Virus record (IMG/VR): IMGVR_UViG_3300046820_002883 | DNA length: 20,000 nucleotides | From: an uncultured virus (IMG/VR IMGVR_UViG_3300046820_002883) | Taxonomy: Duplodnaviria; Heunggongvirae; Uroviricota; Caudoviricetes | Direction: 5' to 3' (one strand) | Part shown: positions 8,301-18,310 of the stretch, piece by piece | How positions within the stretch are numbered: position 1 is the first letter of the stretch | Layout: the number at the start of each line of letters is the position of its first letter | Notes under the pieces: model-generated | Database searches by the model: none | What the model saw: the letters and a program-made list of their open reading frames with translations, nothing else | Told to the model about the DNA's origin: nothing | Made by a program: the position numbers and the translations under genes

Positions 8301-11179
8301 GTTGCGGAAACTTCTCTAAACAATGACGACATTAAAATAGATTTAGATGCAAATGGTGCTCCTTTACTATATGATATATGGTCATCCAAATCTAAAAATG
8401 GTAATGAATTTAATAAAAGATATGCAGAACCTTTATATTTCGCATATTTTGTTGAATTACTAAAATCACTTAATAGTTGATTATGGAAGTAAGGAGTATT
8501 CAACATATTAACGGTTGTTGTACTTGCGGGAATAAACGGCACAAAACCAACCGCAGGTATTGCGGGATTCGTAATCCTCAATTGTTGGTTAAACATATTT
8601 TCGGTATAGTCCGGTTTAACCCACGATTTTGAATTTACAAAAGAGGTGATAAAACCTTGAGAACTATCGACATTTAATAAACCGTCAAATTTTAAATTTT
8701 CTCTTTTAAATGTACTTTGACCTAAATAACCCAAATATGTACTTGAATTAAATGGGTAGATATTGTAACGATAGTCTTCCGCTTCGTAATTTATTAATTC
8801 AGTGTTTAATGCGGTTTGATTTAAATCACCTTGTTGTGGTGAATTAACATTATAACTCTCCAATTTAAATGGTTGGTCAAATGTGTTTATAATATAGTCC
8901 GTTGTTGGTAAGTGGTCTTTAAAGTAATTAAACTTATCGTATGGTGACAAACCCGGAAGGTATCCACCAAAACTATTTGATTGTCTTTGTTTTCCGTTTC
9001 CATCTAAAACAGGAACACCTTTTTCATCCGTTAATGGTACCGATTTTTGAAAACTAATTAAGTCGGTGATACTTCTTAATTTTTTTACAAAATCAATTAA
9101 ATCAATATCTTGATTAATAGTTTCTTTAATATTATTAAATTCCTCGTCCGCTAAAATATCTAAGAATTTTTGATTAAATGAATCTAATAATGTGATATAT
9201 TTTGCTCTCTCATATAATTCGTAAACAAATGATGAGTATGAGGTATCGTTATAGGGTAATGTACCGTTAATTACATCAATACCACATATATCCTCAATTT
9301 TAGTCTCATCGGCATCCGTTTCGAACAAGTATCTTGTATTGTTTCTCGTTGGTTCATTTTTAACGTTTGATTCATCCTTACCCGTAACAATAGTTATATA
9401 ATCTTCAATAAATGCAACCTCGGGCCACAATGTACTGTCATTTGATTTTAATTTATTAATAAGTTCAGGGTCTCCCGGATATGCTATAACATTCTGTTGT
9501 GTTCCTGCGGTTGGTTTTTTAATTTCAGGCCATGGGTAAATTGTTTTATCTCCCTTTGTTTCTTTTGATAAATTACCAATTAGTTTATATCTGTTATCCG
9601 CCGATTCAAATGCTTTATTGTGAATTTCTTTCATTAAACGAATGTATACTTCCGCATTTGCTAAAACCACAGCAAAAATATTTCTTATCGTTGGTTCGAA
9701 TCCAAGAAGTTCAGGTTTTTTAATAACCTCATTCATTAATCTTTCAACATCATCCTCAACCTTTTTTCTTTGTTCTTCGTATGATTTTCTTAATTCAAAT
9801 ATATCTTCAAATAATTTATCGACACCTACAATTACAAAACCGTTTGCGTCTTTTTGATAATAAGAATTAATGTCTTTTACACTTTTTAATGATATTTTTT
9901 GAAAATTACCTCTTGTTTTGTTTGTTAAATTTTGTGAAAATAAAACAGATTCAGATAGTCTTTTACTGTAAGCAGAAATGTTTACTTCTAAAGTACCTGA
10001 TTTAGTGTTACCTGTAATCCATTCTGTGGATGTCCTATCTTTATTCTTTGTTGGAGATAAATAAAACCAATTTTGTGTGGTTTCAGTACCATTTGCGGAT
10101 TTAATTGTTTTAACAAAAATCTCATCAGATAAGTTAATTTGGGACCAAGCTTTAATTGAACTTTCAAAGTTATCAATAAGTTCCTCAACTTCTTTAAGTC
10201 CTTGGAATATATCCATACTAACTTGACTAAAGACTTGTTCTTCTAATACTTTATCTAACGATTCAGCAACATACCCTAAATCTTTTAAGGTTTTAACTGG
10301 AAATCCTTTTGGGACTAATCCCTTTTTTTCGTATTGTTTGTAAATTGATTTTAAAATGGCGTAACCTCTTGACCCTCTTGTTACTTTTTTCTCGTAAACA
10401 TTTAAATTTGTGTTCAATGTAACCGGAGTATTATTTTCGGTCATGAACATATAGGGACAGTTGATTATTGATGAAAGAGAAATATCATTTAAGTAAGCAA
10501 ATGTTGAACCAACGAATGTTGTTGATACTTCAAAATTACCATTCGTTTCATTAAATTTTGAGGTGAATTTGGTCATATGTAAACGATATCTAATCGCCTT
10601 ACCATAATAACCTTTAACAGTTAAATAAAATATTGGCCACGGTAAATGAAAAAATGCGTTGTATGGTGAGTTTTCAGAATTATCAAAAAGAGTTTTACCT
10701 CTCACATCAATAAAACTAATATTAACTTGGGGTACAAAGTTTGCTCCCTTAACAGAAATGGTAATTGAATCAATACCAAATGTTTGTCCTGACGGGTCTT
10801 TAAATTGTGAATCCGTAAATGCGAAATCTTTACCGTTTCTGTAGTTTGATTCCTGACCTTCAATCGGTTTTGGTAAAAAGGTATCGGTCCAACTTGCATC
10901 GAAATTACCGTCACCCGTTTGATTTCTAAGGAAATTTAAATTACCCTTCGCAATACTAAGTAAAGTATTTCCCTGATTATTATCAGCAATAAGAGTTGTT
11001 CTCGGGACAATATCTGCCTCCAAGTTAGCATACATTACTAAGTTTTCCTGTTTAACCCCTCTTTCTTGTATTTCCCCACTAGAATTAATTACACTATTTG
11101 GGTCTACGTAAATAAGGTTATTTTGGTCTACTTTTACAAGTATATTCTCACTATTTGATAAATCGTTATTGCTGGCCAT
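5303..11179 (-). CDS. Giant baseplate hub-like protein (gp27/gpD/VgrG-like termini, 1958 aa)
   Basis: N-terminal beta pattern FGIDSITIS...VNISFIDVRG...FYLTVKGYYG and hub C-terminal signature CEVSCMGNVMIQPTMFFYL...GSYWITEVNHNI..NTISTTFTGTR. Sits after the LysM gene, as in contractile-tail gene order. Confidence 0.65.
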   Translation of the reverse strand: MASNNDLSNSENILVKVDQNNLIYVDPNSVINSSGEIQERGVKQENLVMYANLEADIVPRTTLIADNNQGNTLLSIAKGNLNFLRNQTGDGNFDASWTDTFLPKPIEGQESNYRNGKDFAFTDSQFKDPSGQTFGIDSITISVKGANFVPQVNISFIDVRGKTLFDNSENSPYNAFFHLPWPIFYLTVKGYYGKAIRYRLHMTKFTSKFNETNGNFEVSTTFVGSTFAYLNDISLSSIINCPYMFMTENNTPVTLNTNLNVYEKKVTRGSRGYAILKSIYKQYEKKGLVPKGFPVKTLKDLGYVAESLDKVLEEQVFSQVSMDIFQGLKEVEELIDNFESSIKAWSQINLSDEIFVKTIKSANGTETTQNWFYLSPTKNKDRTSTEWITGNTKSGTLEVNISAYSKRLSESVLFSQNLTNKTRGNFQKISLKSVKDINSYYQKDANGFVIVGVDKLFEDIFELRKSYEEQRKKVEDDVERLMNEVIKKPELLGFEPTIRNIFAVVLANAEVYIRLMKEIHNKAFESADNRYKLIGNLSKETKGDKTIYPWPEIKKPTAGTQQNVIAYPGDPELINKLKSNDSTLWPEVAFIEDYITIVTGKDESNVKNEPTRNNTRYLFETDADETKIEDICGIDVINGTLPYNDTSYSSFVYELYERAKYITLLDSFNQKFLDILADEEFNNIKETINQDIDLIDFVKKLRSITDLISFQKSVPLTDEKGVPVLDGNGKQRQSNSFGGYLPGLSPYDKFNYFKDHLPTTDYIINTFDQPFKLESYNVNSPQQGDLNQTALNTELINYEAEDYRYNIYPFNSSTYLGYLGQSTFKRENLKFDGLLNVDSSQGFITSFVNSKSWVKPDYTENMFNQQLRITNPAIPAVGFVPFIPASTTTVNMLNTPYFHNQLLSDFSNSTKYAKYKGSAYLLLNSLPFLDLDDHISYSKGAPFASKSILMSSLFREVSATHFVPYHLLLKWGSIYHRYKTYLNDGTDILGGCINVSNLTQPIDGGEFFDNNSNLTFDISPIVGSTTGSTVNVNHANYNNVGVSPFYQSIYNQIVNGFVQYDGTTSDYSGKTSDGYILHRNSKRDNLNNWDIVVNNELYFTNGSLEQQNNKSFTLLPSNGNMKTIPNGQFFIPTEQKNFRTIWFSQDSINGDLSGKTFPSYSEYIRSTGNTFSIQTNQKKVIDLIATFSPKILEQFEDLFLEFATETQNTELPYEPFQNINYSKFQNILKGLSVINKQSTETTNIDELITSLTERQTKNAEFITRGLLSNENLIKFSMANPKEIDPYILFGMANSSEGADQLINYAVQPFDVLDNTVANQKLIRLYIGEDIDTHYFNFFVVNDIKLTEDNIIRYRPMVQIYGGYITDGGINTSTAFSDYLNTSIINRKPASKDVAGGANNRLTIFLTQLLNRLSAYDAIPKNNTSNRIRQYGGYNTNDLKLEMYNTFKSFNDKWTSGNSIGQRLLLEEFLFLDKANRDIGDKFYLNLDRILPLVDPRNANVSLYTAISMLIQGTGLDMRALPAYVNFYGTNVGTKSKITPSKNVAKNLFGTFLEVDYQESSPKVIIQLVGNSSKRPDMSNSKPYKFTDDSFHLGSVNNNPLVVTSLQGFTTNDLSKSNKVVAFEVSFGDQNQGIFKGVQLDQSSIKNTSESFQVLEDLNRSQSGAGAHNVDVGLFDYYKQASYKCEVSCMGNVMIQPTMFFYLKNIPMFRGSYWITEVNHNIKGNTISTTFTGTRLPYTSLPDPRDSFLSSYRILFDKISSKARAILKQRASTDTTTDEVIIYNKVSYVTDRQNKKISGENILNDVGINEYGIPYNGYNEKRLIQKVENNGETWLRTVVVRMGSSGYTLNDETTMNLANGIKWSTIKDSTYKFYTSTFQLSRIVNEAKIRTAVTTFKNPKNGKTTVLNPSYQLDSSLGTIVANGPVSVGPNSTEYGMGMSNQLMTELGLYDGDVVYFKM

Positions 11180-11492
11180 AATATAGGTTATACAATTCTA
11201 CATTTCTTTTGTAATCTTGTAAAGAGGTAGTCAAAGGAAATGGTACCCTTAATATAAAATTATCAGGTATATTAAACTCTAAACTACCGGCCAATGGATT
11301 TGCTTGTAATATTAACCAACCAAAAACAGGGGAACCATAATATTGTTCAGATAGTTTATCTAATCTATCTTTTCCTCTTTTAAAATATGCGTACTTGTCG
11401 GTAGATTTAATTGGTATTTCAATACCCGGAACGATTCTAAAACTAGAATCTTCTATAAAAAATTGATACCTGTCAAAATATTGTCTACTCAT
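11166..11492 (-). CDS. LysM-fold baseplate wedge protein (T4 gp53 / P2 gpX-like)
   Basis: KRGKDRLDKLSEQYYGSPVFGWLILQANP...IPDNFILRVP is the LysM/tail-X pattern. TAATG stop-start overlap with the upstream gene. Confidence 0.8.
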   Translation of the reverse strand: MSRQYFDRYQFFIEDSSFRIVPGIEIPIKSTDKYAYFKRGKDRLDKLSEQYYGSPVFGWLILQANPLAGSLEFNIPDNFILRVPFPLTTSLQDYKRNVELYNLYYGQQ

Positions 11493-14400
11493 TACTTCTT
11501 AACAACTGGTGTTCTGTAAAAATTTAATTTATCTGTAACCGATGTATTATCTGAATTAACTTTATTTAGTTCATCAGTTATTGCTGCATTGGTTTCTTCT
11601 ATTGGTGCGTCTTTACCAAATTTAATATCTTTATCACTTTTTCTTGATTTGAATTTAGTGAATTTAAAATTCTTTTTTTCTGGTTTTATAACAAAATCAT
11701 TTACTCTTTTAGTTAACTTTTTAGTTAAACTACTTGGGTATAAAACGGTATCGGTAAAACTATCCATCATCGCTTTTACTATTGAATCTTCTGCAAAGAA
11801 TTCTTTACTGAACGATTGGAATTGAGTGTCGTCTATTACAGGGAAATTAAAATTAATTCCACTTGTAAGACTTTCATACATTTTTGTGGTATTGGTTTCA
11901 ATATAATCAACGTTAGAACTATATTCCTTGTAAATCATGTCAGCAGTAAAACCTGTTAAGGTTGACGTGATTGCCTTTTGGTCTTTTATTTGACCATCTT
12001 TACCATTTTTAACAATGAAATTAACTTTATCAAGACTCTTAATTAATTCGTTTCTTGCGTTATCAATTTCTTTGATTGAATCGTTTGATGTTATACTATT
12101 AACTTTATCTTCAATTGTTTTAATAAAAAATGGTTTTAATATTTTCTCATTTGTGTCAATTAACTTAGAACCCGTCATTTCTTTGTTGAACTTCAACATA
12201 TTCACCAAATATGTGTCTGATGATGAATTAATAAAATCAACCAAAGCTGTTTTCAGTGCAATTGTTAATTTTTCAAGTTCATTACCTTGCTTAGATATTC
12301 CATGTAGTGTTAACGTTTTACCCGGTGTTGGTGATGTTACATTGTAAACATCATATTTGTTTATCTCCAAATAAGTGGGTGACAACATCATTGTGGTAAC
12401 ATCTTTACCGTATTTGGTGTAGATAGTGTTATATTTTGCTTCAAAAGATTTAAAGTAACTTTCTGTAGTTTTAAAAACATCTTCAACTATAGTTTTATAA
12501 CTTAAATCTTGTTCAACAGGAGTACCAATGTACACGGAGTCTTGAATCTTGTTAGTGTTTTTATTTGGGTCTTCGGTTGGTTTTTTTGGTGTTCTTTCCA
12601 TAAGTTTTTGTAAAAACTCTTTAGTGAACACATCCGCTTTCTTTCCACCAATTGTTTCATTTGTTGCAATTGACCTTTCATCGTACATTTCAGTATTAGC
12701 GAAGAAGTTTGAAGACAATGCGTTTTGTAATCTCTCTACCGGTTTCGATAAACCTTGTCCACCAATAAATGAAATTTGCATTGTTACGTTTGCAATCATT
12801 GGTTGTACACCAATACCTTCGGGATTTAAATCCCAAATACCTTCATCATAGGTAATGTTAACATCTCTAATAATAATTTTTGAGTGATAAAAATCTCCGA
12901 TTCTTAATACACAAACCGGAGGTGGACCAAATGACGTGTTTCTCGCATTTAAATCAGTATCATCCGCAATACCTTTAATTGGAATGGTGTCTCCCGGTCT
13001 AATACATTGTAATAGGAAGGTTAAACGAGCGTTTAGTCCCTCAGGTGTCATTGAGTGAAAACCTGGATGAAAATACTTTAATTTTTCTTTTAAAGATTTA
13101 AATTGAACGGGAGAATCCTCCTCTAACTTTTTGAAATAAAAACATTCAGAAAGTGTTCTCATGATAATTCTTTTTAACGGGTCTATTTGAACCTTTCTAG
13201 TTGGTGGATTAATTGTAATCTTACCATCAGGGTCAATAGTTGTGGGTATTTTTGGTGTAGGTGTAGGTGCTGGTGGTTCTTGTGTTGTTTTTGAATAATC
13301 TAATTCAAAAGTTGTTTGTCTACAATATGCAGCAATCGGGGTGTAAATTTTTAAATCTACATCTGATTGGAATTCTTTTCCAACACAATCTTTATCGGGA
13401 CCTGAACCTGTAAAGTTTTCACCCCAGTTGTTTGACCAAATAATAACTTTACCTTCATAATCCCATCCTAAGTCTTTAAAACTATATTCCTTAATGATTG
13501 TAATTGGTTGTCCTTTAGTAATCTGAACAACATCCGTTGGTGATAAATTACTAACCGTAGGTACAATCTTATCAATCCATTTTACTGTGGGTGATGTTGC
13601 TGTCGGATTTTTAATTTTATCAAAAATATCTTGAATCACCGAATAACTTCTTCTTAATGACAAACTTTCATTGTAAAACTCAGTTGCAACCGAAGAACAT
13701 GAAGATTGTATTTTAATTTTAATATCTTGTGCGGTTTTTCCCGAAAGACTAATTTTTAGTTTTTCTAATTCACTATTATATGTTGTATAATTTTTTTCTA
13801 AATCAGTAAAATATGTTTGCGTTTTACCTGTTTGACCTTCAATTGCCGCACTATCAATGGTAACATCGGCAGAACCAAAAATATAACCAATCTCTTTTTT
13901 GATTTGTTCGGTTTTTGGTTTGGTCGATAAAGTTACTAAAGCATCTTTTAATTTATTTACATATAAATTAGTTTTACCTGAATATTCTGAATATAAATCA
14001 GTGTATTTTCTTGGTGTTTTTGTCTCATTTTTTGGGTCGGGAATATCATTTTCATATTTTAATTCCGCCTTAACCGTTGGTTCCGCTTTTAAATTGTTTC
14101 CCGAATTACCATTATTTTGTCCGGCATTTGGGTCGGGAATAACCGCTGGTGGTATGTTATATTTGTAATTTTGAATAACATCAGGGTCTTTTCCTTTTTC
14201 TAAATAAGATTGAATTAATTTAATATCATCCGCTCCTAAGTTCGCAAATCTTAAAATTAATCCGTAAAAATCTAATTCCTCACAACCGGCGAAGAACGCG
14301 TTGATGTAATTGTCCGATTCTTCATCGGTCATTCCTTTAAAGTATTCTCTAACTAAAAGGTTTAAAATACTTGGGTGGTCAACAATTACTTTAAATGATA

Positions 14401-16315
14401 ATTGTCCACTTCTTGATGTATCTTGGTATGTATAAATTGGTTCGGGTCTACCTAAGAAGGTATTGTCTTGCCATCTTGCTGAGTTAGTTTCACTAATTTT
14501 TAAATCGTATGGAGGGAACCACATAACACGACCACCATTATTTCCTCTTTCACAATATGGTAAATCATTATAAGTGAAACCCGGAGTATTCGATGTTCTC
14601 CAAGCTAAGTTCTCAATTGAGAACATATATTTTTTTGCATAGAATCCGTCCCCTTGTTCAAATATGTTTGTTGAATTTTTCGCCCCAAATGAGTTTTTAC
14701 CTGTTGGGTCATAACTACCGCTTGACATAGGTGCGTAGTTAATATTCCATGGTCTACTGTCTCCACCCATAACACTATCATCAAACTTACGAATATTCGC
14801 AGTTCTTTTCATCGTGTCTGAATAGTTCATGTAAGACCTATCTTTAGTCCATACTCTACAGAATTCAGCACCGGTTTCTCCGCCGTATGCGTCAACATAT
14901 TTAATTGCGGAACCTCTCGATAACATCGAATCTCCTTCTCTGAAAATTCTACTTGTTTGGTCTATCACGTTACCAACGTGGGTACGAGATGAAAGACCAT
15001 CTTTTGGCATCGAGTCTAAGAGCTCTTGTGTTCTACCTAAAATAGAATCGTCTCTGAAACCATATTTTGTTGAAAGTGATTGACTGTATTGGTTGGCTTC
15101 GCTTTGATATTCTTTGTTGTGTAAACCAAGTTTATTTCGTGAGTTAGAACTAATCCATGTTAGTTTACCACCGATTTGTCCACCTTCACCAATATTTTTC
15201 TTTCTTTCAAATAACGACGCTTGTACTTCATCAAACATCAAACTTAAATAGTAACTACTTTTTACCATGTTACCATTAAAATCTGACATTGTATATTTTA
15301 CATCTGTAGACCTATCATCACCAATGTATGCAACACCTTTTGGTGCTTCTACACCTAATACATTTTTAACACCTTGGGCAACGTTGTTTACAAAATTAAA
15401 TAACTTAGATGATTGTTGAGACCTCGCGGTTGTTGTGTAGTTTGGTGCATAAGTTGAATATGATAGTTGGTCAAATAAAATTTGTTTTTGACCCGCCCCC
15501 ATATATTCAATCATTAAATCTGAAGGTTTTCTACCAAGTTTTGGTCTTCTTTGGATTCCAATTAAAGAACCTAACACTCCACTTATATCTTGTAGAATTG
15601 CACCTGCTTGTGTATTTGCGGCAGGTCTTGGGTTTTGTATTGGATTTCTTGGGTTTGATAAGTAATCACCGGGAATCTCACTAAATGGAAATTCAACACC
15701 AGCAACTGTTTGTAAGAAATCAACACCTTTACCTAATAAAGTTTTTGCTACTGTAATTTTATAATTTTTTTCAATTAAAGGTTCTCTACCTGTAACTAAA
15801 TTAATTGCGGTCGCGGTGTTACCACCCAACGCATCAAATAATCTAACTCGACCTAATGTATTCGACGTTAAATTTTGTTCAACTCTCGCGAAAACAGGAC
15901 CTAATCTATTTTCTCTAATGTTTTTGGTTGCAAATTGCATCAACTTTGAATCCGTATCAAAGTTTTGTCCGGTCATTATACTAACTAAATTGGTCTCACT
16001 TTTAACAAATGAATCAATATAACCCGCAAATAAAATACCACTATATAATGTTTGTAACGCAGGTAAAGATGTGTCTGTGTATTCCTCTATTGTACTGTTT
16101 GGTGGTAAGTATAAATTATTACCAGCAGAATTACCGTAATAATTCGCGAAATTTGTTTTTACGTCACCCGGGTCAATGTTTGGAAAATTACTTAAATTTT
16201 GTAAAACATAGTTTGAACTCGTAAAGGTTTGAGGACCATTAGGTCTATTCAGGGTACGAGCAATCATCATGTCCCTGAATCCTTTAGTACTATTAAAATC
16301 TAAATAACTTGGCAT
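11492..16315 (-). CDS. Large baseplate / tail-tube-initiator-like protein (gp48/gp54-like domain) with inserted OmpA-like domain (1607 aa)
   Basis: Tube-initiator-like motifs ISETNSARWQ..FLGRPEPIYTYQDTSRSGQLSF and PPVCVLRIGDFY....IRDVNITYD...W...PMIANVTMQISFI. OmpA-like YNESLSLRRSYSV lies between them. Position is directly after the tape measure gene. Confidence 0.65.
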   Translation of the reverse strand: MPSYLDFNSTKGFRDMMIARTLNRPNGPQTFTSSNYVLQNLSNFPNIDPGDVKTNFANYYGNSAGNNLYLPPNSTIEEYTDTSLPALQTLYSGILFAGYIDSFVKSETNLVSIMTGQNFDTDSKLMQFATKNIRENRLGPVFARVEQNLTSNTLGRVRLFDALGGNTATAINLVTGREPLIEKNYKITVAKTLLGKGVDFLQTVAGVEFPFSEIPGDYLSNPRNPIQNPRPAANTQAGAILQDISGVLGSLIGIQRRPKLGRKPSDLMIEYMGAGQKQILFDQLSYSTYAPNYTTTARSQQSSKLFNFVNNVAQGVKNVLGVEAPKGVAYIGDDRSTDVKYTMSDFNGNMVKSSYYLSLMFDEVQASLFERKKNIGEGGQIGGKLTWISSNSRNKLGLHNKEYQSEANQYSQSLSTKYGFRDDSILGRTQELLDSMPKDGLSSRTHVGNVIDQTSRIFREGDSMLSRGSAIKYVDAYGGETGAEFCRVWTKDRSYMNYSDTMKRTANIRKFDDSVMGGDSRPWNINYAPMSSGSYDPTGKNSFGAKNSTNIFEQGDGFYAKKYMFSIENLAWRTSNTPGFTYNDLPYCERGNNGGRVMWFPPYDLKISETNSARWQDNTFLGRPEPIYTYQDTSRSGQLSFKVIVDHPSILNLLVREYFKGMTDEESDNYINAFFAGCEELDFYGLILRFANLGADDIKLIQSYLEKGKDPDVIQNYKYNIPPAVIPDPNAGQNNGNSGNNLKAEPTVKAELKYENDIPDPKNETKTPRKYTDLYSEYSGKTNLYVNKLKDALVTLSTKPKTEQIKKEIGYIFGSADVTIDSAAIEGQTGKTQTYFTDLEKNYTTYNSELEKLKISLSGKTAQDIKIKIQSSCSSVATEFYNESLSLRRSYSVIQDIFDKIKNPTATSPTVKWIDKIVPTVSNLSPTDVVQITKGQPITIIKEYSFKDLGWDYEGKVIIWSNNWGENFTGSGPDKDCVGKEFQSDVDLKIYTPIAAYCRQTTFELDYSKTTQEPPAPTPTPKIPTTIDPDGKITINPPTRKVQIDPLKRIIMRTLSECFYFKKLEEDSPVQFKSLKEKLKYFHPGFHSMTPEGLNARLTFLLQCIRPGDTIPIKGIADDTDLNARNTSFGPPPVCVLRIGDFYHSKIIIRDVNITYDEGIWDLNPEGIGVQPMIANVTMQISFIGGQGLSKPVERLQNALSSNFFANTEMYDERSIATNETIGGKKADVFTKEFLQKLMERTPKKPTEDPNKNTNKIQDSVYIGTPVEQDLSYKTIVEDVFKTTESYFKSFEAKYNTIYTKYGKDVTTMMLSPTYLEINKYDVYNVTSPTPGKTLTLHGISKQGNELEKLTIALKTALVDFINSSSDTYLVNMLKFNKEMTGSKLIDTNEKILKPFFIKTIEDKVNSITSNDSIKEIDNARNELIKSLDKVNFIVKNGKDGQIKDQKAITSTLTGFTADMIYKEYSSNVDYIETNTTKMYESLTSGINFNFPVIDDTQFQSFSKEFFAEDSIVKAMMDSFTDTVLYPSSLTKKLTKRVNDFVIKPEKKNFKFTKFKSRKSDKDIKFGKDAPIEETNAAITDELNKVNSDNTSVTDKLNFYRTPVVKK

Positions 16316-16327
16316 TTATTTTTATTA

Positions 16328-16335
16328 TATAAATA
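16328..16335 (-). promoter_or_regulatory. TATTTATA late-promoter candidate
   Basis: Exact motif 12 nt upstream of ATG 16315. Confidence 0.6.
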
Positions 16336-16352
16336 GGTGTTTTTTAATTTTT

Positions 16353-18299
16353 TTATTTAGTTGTTGGGACAGATAGATTTGTATCGGACGCGTAGTCTCT
16401 TGGGTTAGTTTTCGCCATTTGTTCATCCCACGTTCTTCTTGTGTAATCAGTAACGACATCACTACCCGTAAGTGAATGTTTGTGTAAAACAGTAGTAGTT
16501 GTTCCGTTGTTTGTTCCACTATTATTAGTACCAGTATTTTGTGTTGTATTATCGACTTTAACTCCTGTAAGTGCAACTCCTTTTGCAATTAATTTACTAG
16601 CCTCTTCACCGGCACTTTTAACAAATTCAGCAACCACATTAGTTTCTTGTCCTTTAACCGCAGCGGTTGATGTTTCTTTTAATTTATCTCCAGCCTTTTC
16701 TTCCAATAATTTATCTACCGCATCTAAACCACCTCTAAAACCTTTAGCCGCGTTTACTTTCGCGAGTGTTAACATTGCAGATAAATCTTTTTGAATATTT
16801 TGTGTTACGGTATATTGGTCTCTTGCAATTTCCTCGGGAGACATTTTTTCAAACGCCTCTTGATTTTTCAACAACACATTTTTTTGTGTTTCGGTAAGTT
16901 CGTCTAATGCAATTTGTTGCGCTCCACCAAATTCTTTTGATATTGATGAAACGTCGACAACCATCTTACCACCTTCCATCCTTGAGATGTTGGTTAAAAA
17001 TTCTTTTTCTTTGTCACTTAATGCAAATCCTTTAGACATTAATTCAGCCGAAGCACTTGTTCTTTCTTGTGACTTAATCGCTGTGTTGGTCAAGTCTTCC
17101 ATACTCATACCCAACTGCTTACTTAATTCTTTTGCCTTTCTTAGGTTTGCACCTGTAATTTCAAATTTACCCAATTCTTGGTTGTATGTTGCTAATGAAC
17201 CCGCAACACCAATCATCGCATCTTGTAATCCACCCGCATCGTTAGTTGCCATGTACATCAACTTCAATGGGTCATTAAAGTCACCAATGGTACCACCAAT
17301 TGCCTGTAATTCGGCAGATAAAGCGATTGCTTTATCGGGGTCAAATAAATCATCAGCCAATCTAAAAACAGAATCCATGTTCATTCTAAATTCGATAGAC
17401 TTTTGTGTCATTTTAGTTAAACCTTCAACACCGTCTTTAAACCCATATTGATTCATTTTATTTAAATTCGAACTAAGACTCTCAACAACTTTTCTTGCAT
17501 TTAAACCTAATTCTAATGATGATTTACCCGCTTTATCAATTTGTGTAATCGCAGCCTGTGCTCCTGTACCAATTTTTTCAAAACTATCTAAAGCCGAGCC
17601 AAGTGAACGTAAATCACCATAAAACGCTCTCGCTGTTTTTTGTGCATCAACCAATGTGTCCTTATTGAAGGCCACCATTCTACCTGTGTTTTTAGATAAA
17701 TCTACCGCAAAATTTGATAATTCTTCAAAACTAAACGCCATTTGGGTTGCCGCAGGTGCAGCTTCTAAAATGTTGTCTCTAAAACCTTTTGACAATTCCC
17801 CTGTCATTCCCAATTCGGAATTGACTTTATTTCTTAATTGAATCTCTTTACCTAATTGGTCATTGATTTGGTCACCTACAGTCATTAGTAAACTACCTAA
17901 TAAGTTTTTCATGACACTAACAGCACCTTCCCCTTTCTTAACTGACTGTTCAATACTATCGTACACTGAACTAAAATCAATTGCTTCTGATTGTGGAAGA
18001 CTTGACATACTATACCCCATATTTTGTTGTAAAATACTTTGGTTTGTTAACGTCCCTTTAAAAATATCACTAGCACCTTGGGTAACACTTTTCGCGGTTT
18101 CTTTAAATCCACTACCCTTGTCATCATTTCCCGTAGTTGGAGCAACTGAACTATAACTCACGTAAGCATTATCAATTTCTCGTTTTACGTTAGAATCATT
18201 AAGACTAACCCTATTATCGTTAGCCACCATAGTTGAAAACTCTTGGTACCTTTTAGATTGAGCTAAACTTTTTGCCTGATTAGATATGTTAAGTGCCAT
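16353..18299 (-). CDS. Tail tape measure protein (648 aa)
   Basis: Ala/Gly/Leu/Met/Gln-rich helical composition; located after the tube and chaperone genes and before the baseplate genes. Confidence 0.75.
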   Translation of the reverse strand: MALNISNQAKSLAQSKRYQEFSTMVANDNRVSLNDSNVKREIDNAYVSYSSVAPTTGNDDKGSGFKETAKSVTQGASDIFKGTLTNQSILQQNMGYSMSSLPQSEAIDFSSVYDSIEQSVKKGEGAVSVMKNLLGSLLMTVGDQINDQLGKEIQLRNKVNSELGMTGELSKGFRDNILEAAPAATQMAFSFEELSNFAVDLSKNTGRMVAFNKDTLVDAQKTARAFYGDLRSLGSALDSFEKIGTGAQAAITQIDKAGKSSLELGLNARKVVESLSSNLNKMNQYGFKDGVEGLTKMTQKSIEFRMNMDSVFRLADDLFDPDKAIALSAELQAIGGTIGDFNDPLKLMYMATNDAGGLQDAMIGVAGSLATYNQELGKFEITGANLRKAKELSKQLGMSMEDLTNTAIKSQERTSASAELMSKGFALSDKEKEFLTNISRMEGGKMVVDVSSISKEFGGAQQIALDELTETQKNVLLKNQEAFEKMSPEEIARDQYTVTQNIQKDLSAMLTLAKVNAAKGFRGGLDAVDKLLEEKAGDKLKETSTAAVKGQETNVVAEFVKSAGEEASKLIAKGVALTGVKVDNTTQNTGTNNSGTNNGTTTTVLHKHSLTGSDVVTDYTRRTWDEQMAKTNPRDYASDTNLSVPTTK

Positions 18300-18302
18300 A
18301 CT

Positions 18303-18310
18303 TATAAATA
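18303..18310 (-). promoter_or_regulatory. TATTTATA late-promoter candidate
   Basis: Exact motif only 3 nt upstream of the tape measure ATG, directly abutting the TAG of the upstream small ORF. Confidence 0.55.

Noticed and set aside
16325..16588. 87-aa alternative-frame ORF at the tape measure 3' end (also 9988..10188 and 10702..10914)
   Set aside because: Nested out of frame within real genes; no slippery site or protein-like signature noticed.
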